From an uncultured Armatimonadetes bacterium (lineage in GTDB: Bacteria > Armatimonadota > UBA5829 > DTJY01), in NCBI GenBank assembly GCA_963717145.1, contig OY970325.1, positions 3,360,001-3,424,000 of the forward strand: a DNA stretch of 64,000 nucleotides, read 5' to 3'. A program made the position numbers and the translations under genes. The notes beneath the pieces were generated by a model. It was not told the DNA's origin. It made no database searches and was given only the letters and a program-made list of their open reading frames with translations. How positions within the stretch are numbered: position 1 is the first letter of the stretch; each line of letters opens with the position of its first letter. This document shows, in pieces, positions 9,620-18,583 of the stretch.

Positions 9620-10666
9620 CTACACTGTCCTTCGGATGATCTCCATCTTCGCGGGATCGTTCGTGCCGAGGCCGAGCGATGCCGCGGTCTCGATGAACTT
9701 GGTCGGCCGGCCGGATTCCGCAAACGGCTTGAGGCCGAAAACCTTGCGCTGTTCTTCGATGATCTGCCAGCCCTGGTAGTCCATGGTCACCGGATCGGCG
9801 CTGATCAGGATCGAGCGGTGCTCCCAGGCATACTGCGCGTTGTATCCGGGACCGCCCTGCGCGATCGGCTTGAGCGCATCAGTGACGATCAGCCGAGTCT
9901 TATCCTTGATCGCCGGGATCGAGTTCAACTCGGCGAGAAACGGGTCGCAGTTGTTGCCATGGTGAGCGCTCGGGTTATGATGCGAACCATAGTGGTTCTT
10001 CATCGCGCAGGTGACGCCCGATATGCTGTGGTCCTTGAGGATCGGCACATTGATGAGAGCGGTGATCTTCTCGGTCAGGATCCTGCTCAGCTTGCCGTTG
10101 AAGCTGCCCTTGCTGGTCGGCTCGGGCTCATACTCGCCTTCGGTACCGTAGCACGCGACGCCTTCGCCGGTGCGATTGATCACGAATCCGGCCTGGGTCA
10201 ACTCGCGATCGTTCCTGTCCCAGACGATGATGTTCTCCTCCTTGACACCGGCCAGCTTGAGGCCCGCGATGATGGAGGCGACTACCTCGGGATGCGTCGA
10301 TGCGTTGACCCGAAAGAGGCCGTTGATCTTGATCCCGACGACATCCGCCGGTTTGAAGAGCTTCTTCCACGCCGCCGCCTCGGACGACGCACCGGTGAAT
10401 GCCCTCATGCCACTGGCGACCATGGAGTTCAGCACCGACTGATCGACGGCCGGGTCCACCTCGCCGACTGATGCCATCCCGAGCTTCGAGACCGTCTTGG
10501 CGTTAGTTGCCGGATCGACCAGGACCTTGTCACCCCTGACTATCACCAGGCGAGACCTGCCGTCCGTGGCTGCGAGCGCGTCGAGCGAGAGTATGCCCGC
10601 TCCATATATCCCGGCGCCGGTCACCGCCGCGCCCTTGATGAACTCACGTCTGCTAAGCTTTGTCAT
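9620..10666 (-). CDS. DUF362 domain protein with Tat signal
   Basis: SRREFIK signal; INVPILKDH, MKNHYG and DPVTMD motifs. Confidence 0.9.
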   Translation of the reverse strand: MTKLSRREFIKGAAVTGAGIYGAGILSLDALAATDGRSRLVIVRGDKVLVDPATNAKTVSKLGMASVGEVDPAVDQSVLNSMVASGMRAFTGASSEAAAWKKLFKPADVVGIKINGLFRVNASTHPEVVASIIAGLKLAGVKEENIIVWDRNDRELTQAGFVINRTGEGVACYGTEGEYEPEPTSKGSFNGKLSRILTEKITALINVPILKDHSISGVTCAMKNHYGSHHNPSAHHGNNCDPFLAELNSIPAIKDKTRLIVTDALKPIAQGGPGYNAQYAWEHRSILISADPVTMDYQGWQIIEEQRKVFGLKPFAESGRPTKFIETAASLGLGTNDPAKMEIIRRTV

Positions 10667-10766
10667 ACCTGCTCCTTGATGCTTGACGCCGGAAACCGAG
10701 TAGTGGTTTCCGGATTCTCTATCGATGAACTTCGGGGGAGGAAGGCAGGAACTATGAACGGTGAAA

Positions 10767-11183
10767 CTACTCCAGTATCTCCTCGGGCGCAAACCAGATG
10801 GCGATCTCCGTCTGCGCGCTTTCGGGGGAGTCGGATCCGTGCACCAGGTTCTCGCCGGTGCTGAGCGTGAAATCGCCGCGGATCGTGCCGGGGGCAGCCT
10901 GCAGGGGATCGAGCGCGCCCATCATTCGGCGTACGTGGGCGATCGACTCGTCGCCCGCGATCACCATCGCGACGATGGGGCCGGACGACATGAACTCCAC
11001 GACGCCTTCGAAGAACGGCTTGCCTCGGTGGACCTCATAGTGCTTCTCCACCAGTTGCCTCGACGGCTTGAGGACCTTGAGGGCTCTTATCTCGAGGGTG
11101 CGGCTCTCGAACCTGCGAATTATCTCACCGATCAGGCCGCGCTTGACCGCATCCGGCTTGATCAGCACCAACGTCTGTTGCAT
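10767..11183 (-). CDS. ndk: Nucleoside diphosphate kinase
   Basis: TLVLIKPDAV, PGTIRGDF, NLVHGSDS. Confidence 0.97.
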   Translation of the reverse strand: MQQTLVLIKPDAVKRGLIGEIIRRFESRTLEIRALKVLKPSRQLVEKHYEVHRGKPFFEGVVEFMSSGPIVAMVIAGDESIAHVRRMMGALDPLQAAPGTIRGDFTLSTGENLVHGSDSPESAQTEIAIWFAPEEILE

Positions 11184-11189
11184 GCGTAC

Positions 11190-11218
11190 AGTATAACAAA
11201 GCGGCATTGGGGTGTCAA
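11190..11218 (-). promoter_or_regulatory. Sigma70 promoter giving a probably leaderless ndk mRNA
   Basis: TTGACA-17-TATACT, then 6 nt, then ATG; no SD. Confidence 0.7.
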
Positions 11219-11244
11219 CGTATTATGCGCCCTTGGAGTGCCGG

Positions 11245-11341
11245 CGGGAGGGCGAGGCTCCGTCCGAGCCGGGATGCTTCGGCAGCAGAGCACAGTGGCG
11301 CTGCCGAAGCATCCCGGCTCGGACGGAGCCTCGCCCTCCCG
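11245..11341. repeat. Nested composite REP palindrome
   Basis: Outer cgggagggcgaggctccgtccgagcc arms (as at 47685) enclose inner gatgcttcggcagc arms (as at 2146). Confidence 0.85.
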
Positions 11342-11439
11342 TTGCCATGCCGAGCATCCATCAAGCTGATCACTAGGCAGAGGAAGATGCGCATGTAAAA
11401 TATTATAAAAGTTTTCCTTGCGTAAGTTTGGAAACTCGA

Positions 11440-11742
11440 CAGTAGGGGTAAAAGAGAGACGGCAGGGACATGGAAGTCGGCTGACTATAGGACGACTCCG
11501 AACGGGTTAAACCTGAAATGCCGCAGTCAGCCGACTTCCAACCAAAGTGTAGCCGGGAGGCGGGTAGGGCTTGAGGCCGCCCAGTCCCCGAGCGAGTATC
11601 GATCTTCGGACACGCGGCAAGCGTCTCTGGGTGTGACGCTGTGACCCGAAGGTCAAAGGCTTCCGGTAAAGGACTACATGTGGGGTGTGATCCTTATGCC
11701 GGTAAGCGAAAGGCTTGCTCTGGAGATTTGCCCTACATACTG
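11440..11742 (+). ncRNA. Candidate structured non-coding RNA (unassigned)
   Basis: ORF-free; terminal pairing, a 16-bp perfect stem and about five further hairpins; G-U pairs favour the plus strand. Confidence 0.35.
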
Positions 11743-11756
11743 CCTTCTGCTATAAT
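11728..11756 (+). promoter_or_regulatory. Sigma70 promoter of the amidase gene
   Basis: TTGCCC-17-TATAAT with TGn extension. Confidence 0.6.
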
Positions 11757-11816
11757 GAGGCCGGGCTCACCCCCGGCCTCATTTGCATGTATACCGTGAA
11801 TCTCGGGAGAAACACC

Positions 11817-13832
11817 ATGAAACCCGTCACTGCCATTCTTCTCTCCGCTGCCGTCCTCGCGCTCGCTCTCTCATCGCTTCTTGCGGATTCCGGCAAGCGC
11901 ATCCCTGCTCCCAACATAGTCCCAAAGGACCAGTGGGGATCCATGAAAGAGGGTGACCGCTACCAGGACAAGATCTTCGACCCGTATTCCCAGGGTGCCC
12001 TGGGCGATCCGTTGGCGATCACCATCCATCACACCTACCGTCCGGCCGGAGCGAATCCGCCGGACCCCGAGGAGGACAAGAAGAAGCTCCAGGAGATCCA
12101 GAACTTCCACGTCGGCAAGGGATGGGGAGACGTCGGCTATCACCTGCTCATCGGCAGCGACGGCACCGTCTACCAGGGACGTCCGCTCGGCTGGATGGGC
12201 ACACACGCGCCCCCGAATACGTCGAACATCGGCGTGAACGTCATCGGCGACTTCCAGGAGTCGGAGTACCCCTCGGCGGCCCAGCTCGAGGGGCTGACGG
12301 GGCTCGTCACCTGGCTGTGCAACAAGTATGACATCGATCCGGCGGGCAAGGCAGTGATATTCGAGCAGACCGGCCCTGCGGTGGGCGGCCACAGGGACTG
12401 GAATCCGACCCTCTGCCCCGGAGACAGGCTCTATGCCCTCCTGGCCGACGTGCGGACACGCGCCCGAGCGAACCTCCTTGCAGGGCATTCTCCATATGAC
12501 GCGCGCCCGTCCGTGCTCCAGTACTTCCCCCGAGTCCTGCTCGCCGGGCAACCATACGACCTGGCCCTGTACATGAGGAATGTAGGCTACGTGCCGTGGT
12601 CTCACCTCAACAAGATTGGGATCGAGTCCCTTTCACCGAGTCTGGTCACCATCGCCGAACCGCTGCTGAAAGAGGGCGAGGCGGTCGAGACCCTGGCAAA
12701 CAGGCCGTGGCAGATACACATCCAATCGCCGGAAACCACGGGCGTTCAGCGCCTGGCGGTCAGCATGACCGAGGCACATGGCCGCTTCGGAGATGAGATC
12801 GCGTGGGACGCGGACGTTCTCGCCCCTGATGCGTTCATCTCCGAGTGGCTTACCTCGGGTCACTTCGAGATGAAGGCGGCGGACGGAACCGCTGCTGGGG
12901 CCGATGCGCTTATCGCAAAGGACTTCTTTGCCGGCCAACCGCTCGACGTGATGGATACGATGGATGAGGTGAGCGAGAAGGCCCATGGATATGCCGTCAA
13001 GGACGAGTACACAAGCGGCGAGCGGAACTTCCGCGGCCCGGATGGCGAGCGGGTGAAGGACAGCGGTCGGTACTTCTACGGCGAGGAAAGCCTCAAGCTT
13101 TGCCTCGGCGACCACCGGGACGGCGACCTGATCCTCCGCCGGTTGATCGATGCCGGCGACAGAGATCAGCGCGCGGCGATCACGGTCGACGGCAGGTGGC
13201 AGACGGTTTGGAAGCATCCCGGCGCGGAGCGATACCGCCTCTGGAAGGAAGTCGACACCATCATCCCGTCCTACCTTCTTGCGCACAAGCAGGCCATTGA
13301 TGTGAATCTGAAGTCGCTTGGCACGGTGCAGTACGGCTGCAACTCGTTCAGATACGCCCTGCTCGATTCCGGCGAGCCGCTCACAGCGCCGAGGCTCGGC
13401 GACAAGTTCACGGGCGGCGACTGGCAGCAGTGGAAGTCGCACGACGGACTGACCGACCTTTCAACGGCGTTCCCCGGCAACACGAGTGGAGCGGTCTACC
13501 TGGCGGCATACGTGAAATCGCCTAAGACGCAACTCGCCGAGATTCGGACGGGATGCACGGCGCGGATGAAGGCGTGGGTGAACGGCGAACTCGATGTGAC
13601 CGGCCGTGGTGGGAAGCCGAGCTTCCCGGATACCGAGACGGGATCCATTCTGTTGAAGAACGGCTGGAACCGCATACTGGTCAAGGTTGCCCTCGAACCC
13701 GGCATCAAGGACCTCTACGTGCGACTCTGCGACCGCCAGGGGAAGCCGATCCCCGGCCTGAGGGTTTCTCTCGATCCGACTGACAAGAGTGACGCAAAGC
13801 CTGAAGACATCCGAACGGCGAGGAATGGTTGA
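11817..13832 (+). CDS. Secreted N-acetylmuramoyl-L-alanine amidase (Amidase_2/PGRP-like) with C-terminal beta-sandwich domains
   Basis: Signal peptide; TIHHT, WGDVGYH, GHRD and LCPG Zn-amidase motifs. Confidence 0.85.
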   Translation: MKPVTAILLSAAVLALALSSLLADSGKRIPAPNIVPKDQWGSMKEGDRYQDKIFDPYSQGALGDPLAITIHHTYRPAGANPPDPEEDKKKLQEIQNFHVGKGWGDVGYHLLIGSDGTVYQGRPLGWMGTHAPPNTSNIGVNVIGDFQESEYPSAAQLEGLTGLVTWLCNKYDIDPAGKAVIFEQTGPAVGGHRDWNPTLCPGDRLYALLADVRTRARANLLAGHSPYDARPSVLQYFPRVLLAGQPYDLALYMRNVGYVPWSHLNKIGIESLSPSLVTIAEPLLKEGEAVETLANRPWQIHIQSPETTGVQRLAVSMTEAHGRFGDEIAWDADVLAPDAFISEWLTSGHFEMKAADGTAAGADALIAKDFFAGQPLDVMDTMDEVSEKAHGYAVKDEYTSGERNFRGPDGERVKDSGRYFYGEESLKLCLGDHRDGDLILRRLIDAGDRDQRAAITVDGRWQTVWKHPGAERYRLWKEVDTIIPSYLLAHKQAIDVNLKSLGTVQYGCNSFRYALLDSGEPLTAPRLGDKFTGGDWQQWKSHDGLTDLSTAFPGNTSGAVYLAAYVKSPKTQLAEIRTGCTARMKAWVNGELDVTGRGGKPSFPDTETGSILLKNGWNRILVKVALEPGIKDLYVRLCDRQGKPIPGLRVSLDPTDKSDAKPEDIRTARNG

Positions 13833-13900
13833 TCAACCATAGACCATTCTGCCATCCGCCCATGAACCATAAACCATCAACCATCAGCCATTCTCCCATC
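13825..13900. repeat. Heptamer (AACCATC-like) tandem repeat
   Basis: atgaaccataaaccatcaaccatcagccat; same family at 28620/29715 and 46406. Confidence 0.75.
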
Positions 13901-15840
13901 AGCAATCGCGTGACCGTGCGCGCTGTCATCCTGGCGCTGATTCTGGCCGTTTTCAACGACTACTGGGTTGTGCAGCTCGAGGTCGTCAGGATCTCTTATC
14001 CCACCTACGCCGCTCCCTTCTACAACTGCATCTTCACTCTCCTGGTGCTCACGACCGCCAACCTGCTCGTTCGAAGCAAGTGGCCCCGACTCGCGCTCAG
14101 CCGGATCGAGCTGCTCACGATCTACGTGATGCTCTCGATCACGAGCGGCGTCTGCTCGCACCTGTTCCTGATGCCACTGGTATCGGCCATGGGGTACGCG
14201 TTCTTCTTCCGCACGCCGGAGAACGGCTGGGACAAGCTGTTCGTCGAACGCCTGCCGAAGTGGCTGACCGTAAGCGATCCCGTGAGCCTGAAGAACTTCT
14301 ACTACGGCAACTCCACGCTTTACGACCCGGTCAACTTCATGCCGTGGGTCATCCCGGTGATCGCGTGGTCGGCGTTCGCAGCCGTCCTGCTCTTCACCAT
14401 GCTCTGCATCAACAGCATCCTCAGGAAGCAGTGGGTCGAGGCCGAGCGGCTGACGTTCCCGATCATCATGCTCCCGCTCGAGATGACCGAGGAGTCCGGA
14501 TCGCTCTTCAAGAGCCGTCTGATGTGGCTCGGGTTTGCGATCTCCGGCTCGATCACAATGCTGGCGGCGCTCAACTACCTCTACCCGTCGATCCCCCACC
14601 TGCGGATCACGCGCATAGACATCGGGAAGTACGTGACCACTCCGCCGTGGAACGCGATTGGAAGCATCCCGCTGGCATTCTACTTCTGGGCGATCGGCCT
14701 TTCGTTCCTGATGCCGCTCGAGCTGTCGTTCTCCTGTTGGTTGTTCTTCTGGATGACCAGGCTGGAGATGGTTGCGAGCAGAATGATCGGGCTGCATGAG
14801 CTTCAGGTCGTCGGAGGCGGCTTCGACCGGGCGTTCCCGTTCCTGCAATCCCAGGCATACGGGGCCTACTTCGGCTTCTTCGTGATGAGCATGTGGGCCG
14901 GGCGGCACTACCTCAGGCGGGTGTTCCGGACGGCCTTCCTTGGCACGAAGGAGGAGGACGAATCGCGGGAGGCGATGAGCTACAGATCGGCGATACTGGG
15001 AGCGGTCGGCGGGATGCTGTTCCTGAGCGCTTTCGCGGTCAAAATGGGGATGTCGCCGTTTGTTGTGGCTCTCTTCTTCGTACTCTACTTCATCCTCGCG
15101 GTCATCAGCAGCCGGGTCCGCGCCGAGTTGGGCTTCCCGGTGGTCGATCTGTACCCCATGGGCCCGCAGTACTTCATGACGACCGCCGCCGGGACTCAGA
15201 ACCTCGACGCGCAGAACCTGGTCGGGTTCGCGCAGTTCACCTGGTTCAACAAGAGCTATGCGAGCCACCCCGCGCCGCACCAGATGGAAGCGTTCAAGCT
15301 CTCGGAGCGCACCGGTTCGACCGCCAGGCAGATGCATATCGCGCTCATGGTTGCGGGGGTCCTGGCGATGCCGCTGGGGTTCTGGATGCTGCTTCACATG
15401 TACTTCGGCAACGGAGCCGCGACCGCCAACGTCGAGCTTTACTCGCTCCTGCACGGAAATCAGACCTACAACCAGCTCGCGGGATGGCTCAAGCAGCCTC
15501 AGCCGCCGAACAAGATCGGGATGCTCTTCGTCGGCGGGGGTTCCTGGTCTCGATGGCGATGGGATGGATGCGTCTGCGGTTCATATCGTTCCCGTTCCAT
15601 CCGCTCGCCTATGCGCTCGCCCCGTGCTGGGGAGTGGCACAACTCTGGATGCCGCTCTTCATCGGAAGCACCGCGAAGTTCCTGATCCTGCGGTTCGGCG
15701 GACTGCGCATGTACCGCCAGGGACTGCCGTTCGTCTTCGGCCTGATCCTCGGCGAGATCGCGGTCGGGAGCATCTGGACGATCATCGGGATCGTGTGGGG
15801 CGTCCCGACCTATGACTTCTGGCCGGGGAAGTATGGATAA
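13862..15840 (+). CDS. DUF6785/DUF6784-type polytopic membrane protein (putative transporter), one frameshift near 15540
   Basis: Many TM helices, RKQWVEAERLTFP and FPFHPLAYA motifs; C-terminus continues in ORF 14893..15840 after a G-run; paralog of 18584..20560. Confidence 0.75.
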
Positions 15841-15844
15841 CCTC

Positions 15845-15990
15845 GGAGTGATGGAGTAATGGAGTGGTGGAGTATTGGGCCAAGAGGAACGAAATGTGGC
15901 CGGTTGTTTGACCAATGAGCTGCTGATCGTGTAGAATGATGCCTCGGAGAATGGAGCCCAACACTCCAATACTCCATCACTCCATTACCC
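15845..15990 (+). promoter_or_regulatory. etfB promoter enclosed by inverted (GGAGTRRT)n octamer arms
   Basis: TTGACC-18-TAGAAT at 15908-15937, between arms ~15845-15881 and ~15956-15990. Confidence 0.55.
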
Positions 15991-16003
15991 CATAGGTTTT
16001 GCC

Positions 16004-16804
16004 ATGTTCAAGATTTGTGTATGCATCAAACAGGTCCCGGCGACGACCGAGGTCAAGATCAACCCGGAGACCAATACCCTCGTCCGCGAGGGAGTCGAGT
16101 CGCAGGTGAATCCCTTCGACCTCTATGCCCTCGAGGAGGCGGTCCGCATCCGGGAGCGACTTCAGGGTGAAGGCGAAGAGGCAAGCGTTACCGTCGTCAG
16201 CATGGGCCCGCCCCAGGCCGAGGCCGCGCTCCGTGACGCGATCGCTCTCGGTGCGGATGAGGCGATCCTGCTCTCCGACCGGGCGTTCGCGGGCGCGGAC
16301 ACCTGGGCAACGTCATATGCCCTCGCGATGGCCCTCAAGAAGCTCGAGCCGAACCTCATCTTCTGCGGAATGCAGGCGATCGACGGCGACACCGGCCAGG
16401 TCGGTCCCGGGATCGCAGTCCACATGGACTACGCCCAGGCGACCTACGTCTCGAAGATCGAGGAACTCGACGCCAAGAAGGTCACGGTCAAGCGGCTCGT
16501 CGAGCAGGGGTATGAACTCTGCTCCGTGAAGCTGCCCGCGGTCCTCACCGTCGTCAAGGAGATCAACGAGCCGCGGACGCCGTCTCTCCGGGGCAAGATG
16601 AACGCCAAGAAGGCCGAAATCCCGGTCTGGACGGCGGCCGACATCGACGCGCCGCCGGAGAAACTCGGCCTCCAGGGGTCGCCGACTCAGGTCGTGAAGG
16701 TGTTCAGCCCGCCTCACCGCGAGGGCGGAGAGCGATGGGAAGGCGAACCGGCGGAACTCGCCGACAAGCTTGCCGGGCTGCTGAAAGAGTTGGAGATAGT
16801 CTAG
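16004..16804 (+). CDS. etfB: Electron transfer flavoprotein beta subunit
   Basis: VCIKQVP, NPFDLYALE, GADTWAT, QAIDGDTGQVG. Confidence 0.95.
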   Translation: MFKICVCIKQVPATTEVKINPETNTLVREGVESQVNPFDLYALEEAVRIRERLQGEGEEASVTVVSMGPPQAEAALRDAIALGADEAILLSDRAFAGADTWATSYALAMALKKLEPNLIFCGMQAIDGDTGQVGPGIAVHMDYAQATYVSKIEELDAKKVTVKRLVEQGYELCSVKLPAVLTVVKEINEPRTPSLRGKMNAKKAEIPVWTAADIDAPPEKLGLQGSPTQVVKVFSPPHREGGERWEGEPAELADKLAGLLKELEIV

Positions 16805-18015
16805 TGTCAATCCGAGTTATTGAAGATAAGTGCAACGGGTGCGGGCTCTGCGTGAAAGCATGCCCGATGGCGGCGATCGAAGTCAGCAACAAGATGGCGA
16901 TCATCGACCTCGATATCTGCAACTACTGCAGTTCGTGCGTCTCGACCTGCCGATTCAAGGCAATCGCCATCGAGATCGACAAGCAGCCGGCGGAGGACCT
17001 CAGCCAGTACAAGGACGTCTGGGTCTTCGGCGAGCAGTTCAAGGGCCACATCGCGCCCGTCGTCCTCGAATTGATCGGCGCGGGCCGTCAACTCGCGGAC
17101 GATCGAGGCTCGGGACTCTGCGTCGTCGTGCTCGGCGACAACCTCGATCAGGCCTCAGCCGAACTCGCCGAGTATCCGGTGGATAAGGTTTATCTCTACG
17201 AAGCGCCTGAACTCGCGGACTACGATGGCGAGCGGTATTCCAGAGTGCTTTCGGACCTCGTGCGCCGGATGAAGCCGGAGATCATGCTCGCCGGCGCGAC
17301 TACTCAGGGGCGCTCGTTCATGTCACAGGTGGCGATCCGGCTCTACACCGGCCTCACCGCCGACTGCACCGGTCTGGCGATCGGCAAGGACGACGGGCTG
17401 CTCTATCAGACGCGCCCCGCGTACGGCGGAAACGTCATGGCGACCATCCTGTGCCCGTACACGCGGCCTCAGATGGCGACCGTCCGGCACAAGGTCTTCC
17501 CGACGAGTCCCAAGCAGGCGAACGGCTCGAGGGCCGAGGTCGTCAAGCTGACCGCCAAGCCTCAGCTTTTCAGTTCGAGGAGCCAGATCCTCGATTTCAT
17601 CGAGGCATGCGAGGCGACGGTGAACATCGTCGAGGCGGACATCATCGTCTCCGGCGGTCGAGGGATCGGCGACCCGTCGAACTTCTCAGTGCTGGCGGAA
17701 CTGGCCCAGGAACTCGGAGCCGCGGTCGGGGCGAGTCGCGCGGCGGTCGATGCGGGATGGATTCCATACTGCCATCAGGTCGGGCAGACGGGCAAGACGG
17801 TCTGCCCGAAGCTCTACATCGCCTGCGGGATCAGCGGCGCGGTCCAGCACCTCGCGGGGATGTCATCGTCGGACACGATCATCGCGATCAACAAGGACCC
17901 GAACGCGCCGATCTTCCAGGTTGCGAGCTTCGGCTTCGTCGGCGACGTTCTGGAGATCGTACCGCTTCTCACGAAGCGGATCCGTGCGATGCGGGGACAG
18001 ACCGTGAACGCGTAG
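16804..18015 (+). CDS. etfA: Electron transfer flavoprotein alpha subunit with N-terminal 2x[4Fe-4S] domain
   Basis: GTG overlapping the etfB stop; CNGCGLCVKACP and CNYCSSCVSTC; GLTADC, QVGQTG, GISGAVQH. Confidence 0.95.
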   Translation: MSIRVIEDKCNGCGLCVKACPMAAIEVSNKMAIIDLDICNYCSSCVSTCRFKAIAIEIDKQPAEDLSQYKDVWVFGEQFKGHIAPVVLELIGAGRQLADDRGSGLCVVVLGDNLDQASAELAEYPVDKVYLYEAPELADYDGERYSRVLSDLVRRMKPEIMLAGATTQGRSFMSQVAIRLYTGLTADCTGLAIGKDDGLLYQTRPAYGGNVMATILCPYTRPQMATVRHKVFPTSPKQANGSRAEVVKLTAKPQLFSSRSQILDFIEACEATVNIVEADIIVSGGRGIGDPSNFSVLAELAQELGAAVGASRAAVDAGWIPYCHQVGQTGKTVCPKLYIACGISGAVQHLAGMSSSDTIIAINKDPNAPIFQVASFGFVGDVLEIVPLLTKRIRAMRGQTVNA

Positions 18016-18093
18016 TTCCAGGTTGAGACACGTGCGGCGTGGAGGGATGATTCCTTCCACGCCGTTCTGGCTTAGTGATCAACCTCGAAATCC

Positions 18094-18570
18094 TCACCTG
18101 GTAACCGTTTCCTCTGCACTGATCTTGTCAGGAACGTAACTCCGCAACAAGGACAGTATCTCGTCCATATCTTCTCGGCTACCACTTATCTTAACCGCTC
18201 CACTCTTCCGGTCATTAGCATAGCTGATGCGAAAGATCCGATCGGTATATCGGGACCTGCGACGCCTATGGATGGTGACCGCAGTAACGTCCTGCCAGGA
18301 GAACCTCTGCCCGTCTGATGTCTGAATGCCTGCTTCTGAGATGACCACCAGTTGGTAGTAGGCCCACAGATAGAGAACCCCAGCCCCGATTGCACCTGCA
18401 CCCAGCCCACCGGCCAGTACAAGCAGGTGTCGCGTAGGGTATCCGGTGTACCATGCATGGATCTCCAAGACTAGAGCCATTACGGCGAAGAAGAGCAGTA
18501 TTCCTCGAGCAAGATACCGTGCTTCCCGGGTGTTTTCTTGATGGAACGTTCGTGAGTCCACCAGGAGCAA
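18094..18570 (-). CDS. Hypothetical membrane protein (2 TM plus PH-like soluble domain), lower GC
   Basis: Two hydrophobic segments followed by ISEAGI...FSWQDV. Confidence 0.6.
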   Translation of the reverse strand: MLLVDSRTFHQENTREARYLARGILLFFAVMALVLEIHAWYTGYPTRHLLVLAGGLGAGAIGAGVLYLWAYYQLVVISEAGIQTSDGQRFSWQDVTAVTIHRRRRSRYTDRIFRISYANDRKSGAVKISGSREDMDEILSLLRSYVPDKISAEETVTR

Positions 18571-18583
18571 ACTCCTTCCAGTC

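Noticed and set aside
11440-11742. Retron msr-msd, RNase P, tmRNA or SRP identity for the structured region
   Set aside because: No reverse transcriptase nearby and no hallmark sequences (GAGGAAAGUCC, tRNA-like ends, GGAA SRP loop) were found by eye
15530-15545. Programmed frameshifts in the DUF6785-type gene, hpf, galE and the PHP gene
   Set aside because: Scattered single indels in unrelated conserved genes fit long-read error better; no shared slippery motif was seen
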